IMG/VR virus record: IMGVR_UViG_3300007538_000020
Location: 30,982-94,981 of that record
Strand: one strand, 5' to 3'
Length of the DNA stretch: 64,000 nucleotides
DNA from: a virus
Shown here: positions 61,892 through 64,000 of the stretch, piece by piece
Numbering within the stretch: position 1 is the stretch's first letter
Layout: each line of letters begins with the position of its first letter
Made by a program: the position numbers and the translations under genes
The notes under the pieces: generated by a model
The model's input: only the letters and a program-made list of their open reading frames with translations
Database searches by the model: none
Told to the model about the DNA's origin: nothing

Positions 61892-62372
61892 CTTTTATAG
61901 TCTTAATATCTTTCATATTCTCAAGATAAAACTGATAAAACCTTTTCATTATAAATTCTGTACAATATCCAAACATTTCGTTAGAATTAGAAACATTAGA
62001 TGTAGTTATAAGAAATCTAGGAGATAAATAACTAGCTGTTAAGGCTGATAATCTAGCTAGTAAAGCTATAATATTATCAGATTTATAATTAAGAACTTTA
62101 GACTCATTTAACCATAAATAACATTTAATCTTATCTTCTAAATCCATAACAATAACATTATATTCTTTATCACTGTTAATTGGATTTGTTACTGAATCAA
62201 AGTTTAAATAGTTTAAATATTCTTCAAATTCTTCTGCACTTAATTCTTCCTTTAATTCCTTTGTTTGATCTTCTATTTCTAATGATAATTTTTGTACTAA
62301 AGTATTATAATCAGATAAAACAAAATGATATTCTATCTCATTAATCCTATCTTCATAAGTTTTTATAATCAT
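61875..62372 (-). CDS. Hypothetical protein
   Basis: 165-aa ORF. Confidence 0.5.
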   Translation of the reverse strand: MIIKTYEDRINEIEYHFVLSDYNTLVQKLSLEIEDQTKELKEELSAEEFEEYLNYLNFDSVTNPINSDKEYNVIVMDLEDKIKCYLWLNESKVLNYKSDNIIALLARLSALTASYLSPRFLITTSNVSNSNEMFGYCTEFIMKRFYQFYLENMKDIKTIKDDRDV

Positions 62373-62836
62373 TTTTTATAAACTTTTTCAATCATATTTT
62401 CATTAATCTTAACAGTAAAGAACTTTTCTGTTTTTGAAACATAATTATTATCATCTATAAAAAACTCTACTATTTCAAATCTTTGTCTCATAAAAGAAAC
62501 AACATCTCCTACTTTAAAATTCTTATTAGATACATTAACTCCTAATTTTATAACAACACCTTTATACTGATAAGGATAATCCATATCTTTTAACTTTGTT
62601 TTAAAAGTATCAGGATCATCTTGCATTATACTTGTATTCATTGTTATAATCAAACCTTTATCATTCTGTATTTCTTCTAATTTAAAAGGTCTTATCAATA
62701 TAGAATTACCCATTAATTCAAAATCATTTACATCTTTAGAATGATCATATTCTAGTAGAATCTCATTATAAGTTAGTTTACCTTTAACTGGAATAGTTTC
62801 TTCTTTAAGATTAAGACTTTCTTTTTCTTTGTTCAT
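62369..62836 (-). CDS. GroES-like co-chaperonin
   Basis: LMGNSILIRP, KGLII, KGVVIKLG and FKVGDVVSF motifs. Confidence 0.65.
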   Translation of the reverse strand: MNKEKESLNLKEETIPVKGKLTYNEILLEYDHSKDVNDFELMGNSILIRPFKLEEIQNDKGLIITMNTSIMQDDPDTFKTKLKDMDYPYQYKGVVIKLGVNVSNKNFKVGDVVSFMRQRFEIVEFFIDDNNYVSKTEKFFTVKINENMIEKVYKK

Positions 62837-63128
62837 AAATTAACAATTTTTTTCTTTTTTTGAGAAGAGAAGTTACTAACACTTTTGCTTTAGAGTAACT
62901 AATCTCTCCTCTTCTTTTCATATTAATCACATTATAAATATAAGCTTTAAGTTTATCAGAAGAAGTAGAGAAAGTTCCTAGATTATGAATAAGTATTCTA
63001 GGTGTAATCTTTTCCATTTCATTTAGAATAAATCTAAACTGATGTAATACTATATTTAAAATGTAATCTTCGGATTTACCATATTTATTAGCTAACTCCT
63101 TAATTATAGAATCAAATTCTTTATCCAT
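62811..63128 (-). CDS. HU/IHF-like DNA-binding protein
   Basis: IIKELANKYG..I..F..I and ILIHNLGTF. Confidence 0.6.
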   Translation of the reverse strand: MDKEFDSIIKELANKYGKSEDYILNIVLHQFRFILNEMEKITPRILIHNLGTFSTSSDKLKAYIYNVINMKRRGEISYSKAKVLVTSLLKKRKKLLIYEQRKRKS

Positions 63129-63139
63129 TTAATTAACAC

Positions 63140-63370
63140 TTAAACTATTTCTATATGGTACGAATCCATTAAATCTTCAGATTGTAATACTGCTATAACA
63201 AGACCTTTATATCTTGGAAGTTCTGAATCAAAACCGATATTCAGATTCTCCTTAAGATTTATATAAGAAGTCAAGTCCATTATAAGATAATTACCAGGAT
63301 TATTATTCTTCCTTATAAAATCTCTTTGTTTAATCAATATTACATCTTCTATGTTAGTTATATCATTCAT
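63140..63370 (-). CDS. Hypothetical protein
   Basis: 76-aa ORF. Confidence 0.5.
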   Translation of the reverse strand: MNDITNIEDVILIKQRDFIRKNNNPGNYLIMDLTSYINLKENLNIGFDSELPRYKGLVIAVLQSEDLMDSYHIEIV

Positions 63371-63743
63371 TAGTAGAAAGGATGAAATTTATATTCAATT
63401 GTTTTTTATTCAATAGTGCTTCTATATTCTTATTAGTATATTTTACTCTATCAGAGTCTTCAGTTATATAGCTTTTCTTTATCAAAGCTCTTAATTTGGT
63501 AGTTATATTTGATTGATTTATAACCTTACCATATTTCCTTTTATAAACTCTTTCAACTTCTTTTTTACCTTTAGAAGCATACCTATAATACTTATACTCA
63601 TCAGACAACAACAAGAACTCAACAAATAAATCTCTCTCTGAATTTATTAATCTCTTATTTTCAGGTTGTATCAAATTTAGAATATCTAAGAACCTTTTAA
63701 TAAACTCTTCCTTAGATATATCATTATACTCTTTTTTAAGCAT
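63363..63743 (-). CDS. Winged-helix-like DNA-binding protein (putative)
   Basis: LINSERDL..NITTKLRALIKKSYI pattern. The ATG at 63743 is preferred because the TTG at 63749 lies inside the -7 promoter box. Confidence 0.5.
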   Translation of the reverse strand: MLKKEYNDISKEEFIKRFLDILNLIQPENKRLINSERDLFVEFLLLSDEYKYYRYASKGKKEVERVYKRKYGKVINQSNITTKLRALIKKSYITEDSDRVKYTNKNIEALLNKKQLNINFILSTNE

Positions 63744-63746
63744 ATA

Positions 63747-63778
63747 CAAAATTACAAAATTATTATTTTATATTCAAA
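63747..63778 (-). promoter_or_regulatory. Bacteroidota primary-sigma promoter
   Basis: TTTG-20 nt-TAATTTTG, with a tandem second TAATTTTG. Confidence 0.65.
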
Positions 63779-63797
63779 TAACAAAAAATTATTTTTT

Positions 63798-63968
63798 TCA
63801 TTTATCATTTAAAATCTCTGTTTTTAATTGATTCAATTCTTTTCTTATAGTTAAACCTGGAATTATTTCCAAGTATTCATCTATTATTTTAACTATTTCA
63901 TTTTTAGGATGATCCATAAATATAAGCCAACGAATATGTCCTATTATACCTGTTTGTATTGTAATCAT
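63798..63968 (-). CDS. 56-aa hypothetical protein (not in the ORF track)
   Basis: MITIQTGIIGHIRWLIFMDHPKNE..ILNDK. Confidence 0.45.
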   Translation of the reverse strand: MITIQTGIIGHIRWLIFMDHPKNEIVKIIDEYLEIIPGLTIRKELNQLKTEILNDK

Positions 63969-64000
63969 TAATTTTATTATTTATTATTTTCAACTTGACA

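Noticed and set aside
1-64000. Stop-codon reassignment (TAG or TGA) as in some crAss-like phages
   Set aside because: Genes up to 11 kb are open in the standard code, and TAG and TGA end genes at sensible boundaries.
1-64000. tRNA genes, CRISPR arrays, integrase
   Set aside because: None recognised; intergenic spaces are short and AT-rich. A tRNAscan run would confirm.

Overview
This window is part of a very AT-rich dsDNA phage genome of the crAss-like (Crassvirales-related) podovirus type, most likely infecting a Bacteroidota host. The host call rests on -33 TTTG / -7 TAnnTTTG promoters and A-rich start contexts without Shine-Dalgarno sequences. Two convergent arms meet at a bidirectional terminator near 14.7 kb. 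The + arm (1-14669) carries DNA and nucleotide metabolism genes: uracil-DNA glycosylase split by a group I intron, an ATP-grasp / class-II glutamine amidotransferase / amidoligase cluster, an Hjc-like resolvase, a RecE-like exonuclease, a DUF5664-HAD fusion, MazG-like proteins and phosphatases. The - arm (14740-63968) is the virion module: TerL, portal, scaffold, major capsid, ring, hub and fibre proteins, amidase, muzzle, and giant ejected cargo proteins including a 3823-aa virion RNA polymerase. The most notable observations are: (1) a compact group I intron with a non-canonical but compensated P7 helix, inserted inside the GQD/PYH catalytic motif of ung; (2) a NADAR-like domain inserted just before the catalytic motifs of the virion RNAP, a candidate injected anti-ADP-ribosylation counter-defence; (3) a GC-richer ~1 kb foreign cassette in the fibre region whose junction left a duplicated gene 3' end and a chimeric 40-aa ORF. 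All calls come from motif recognition by eye; no database searches were run.
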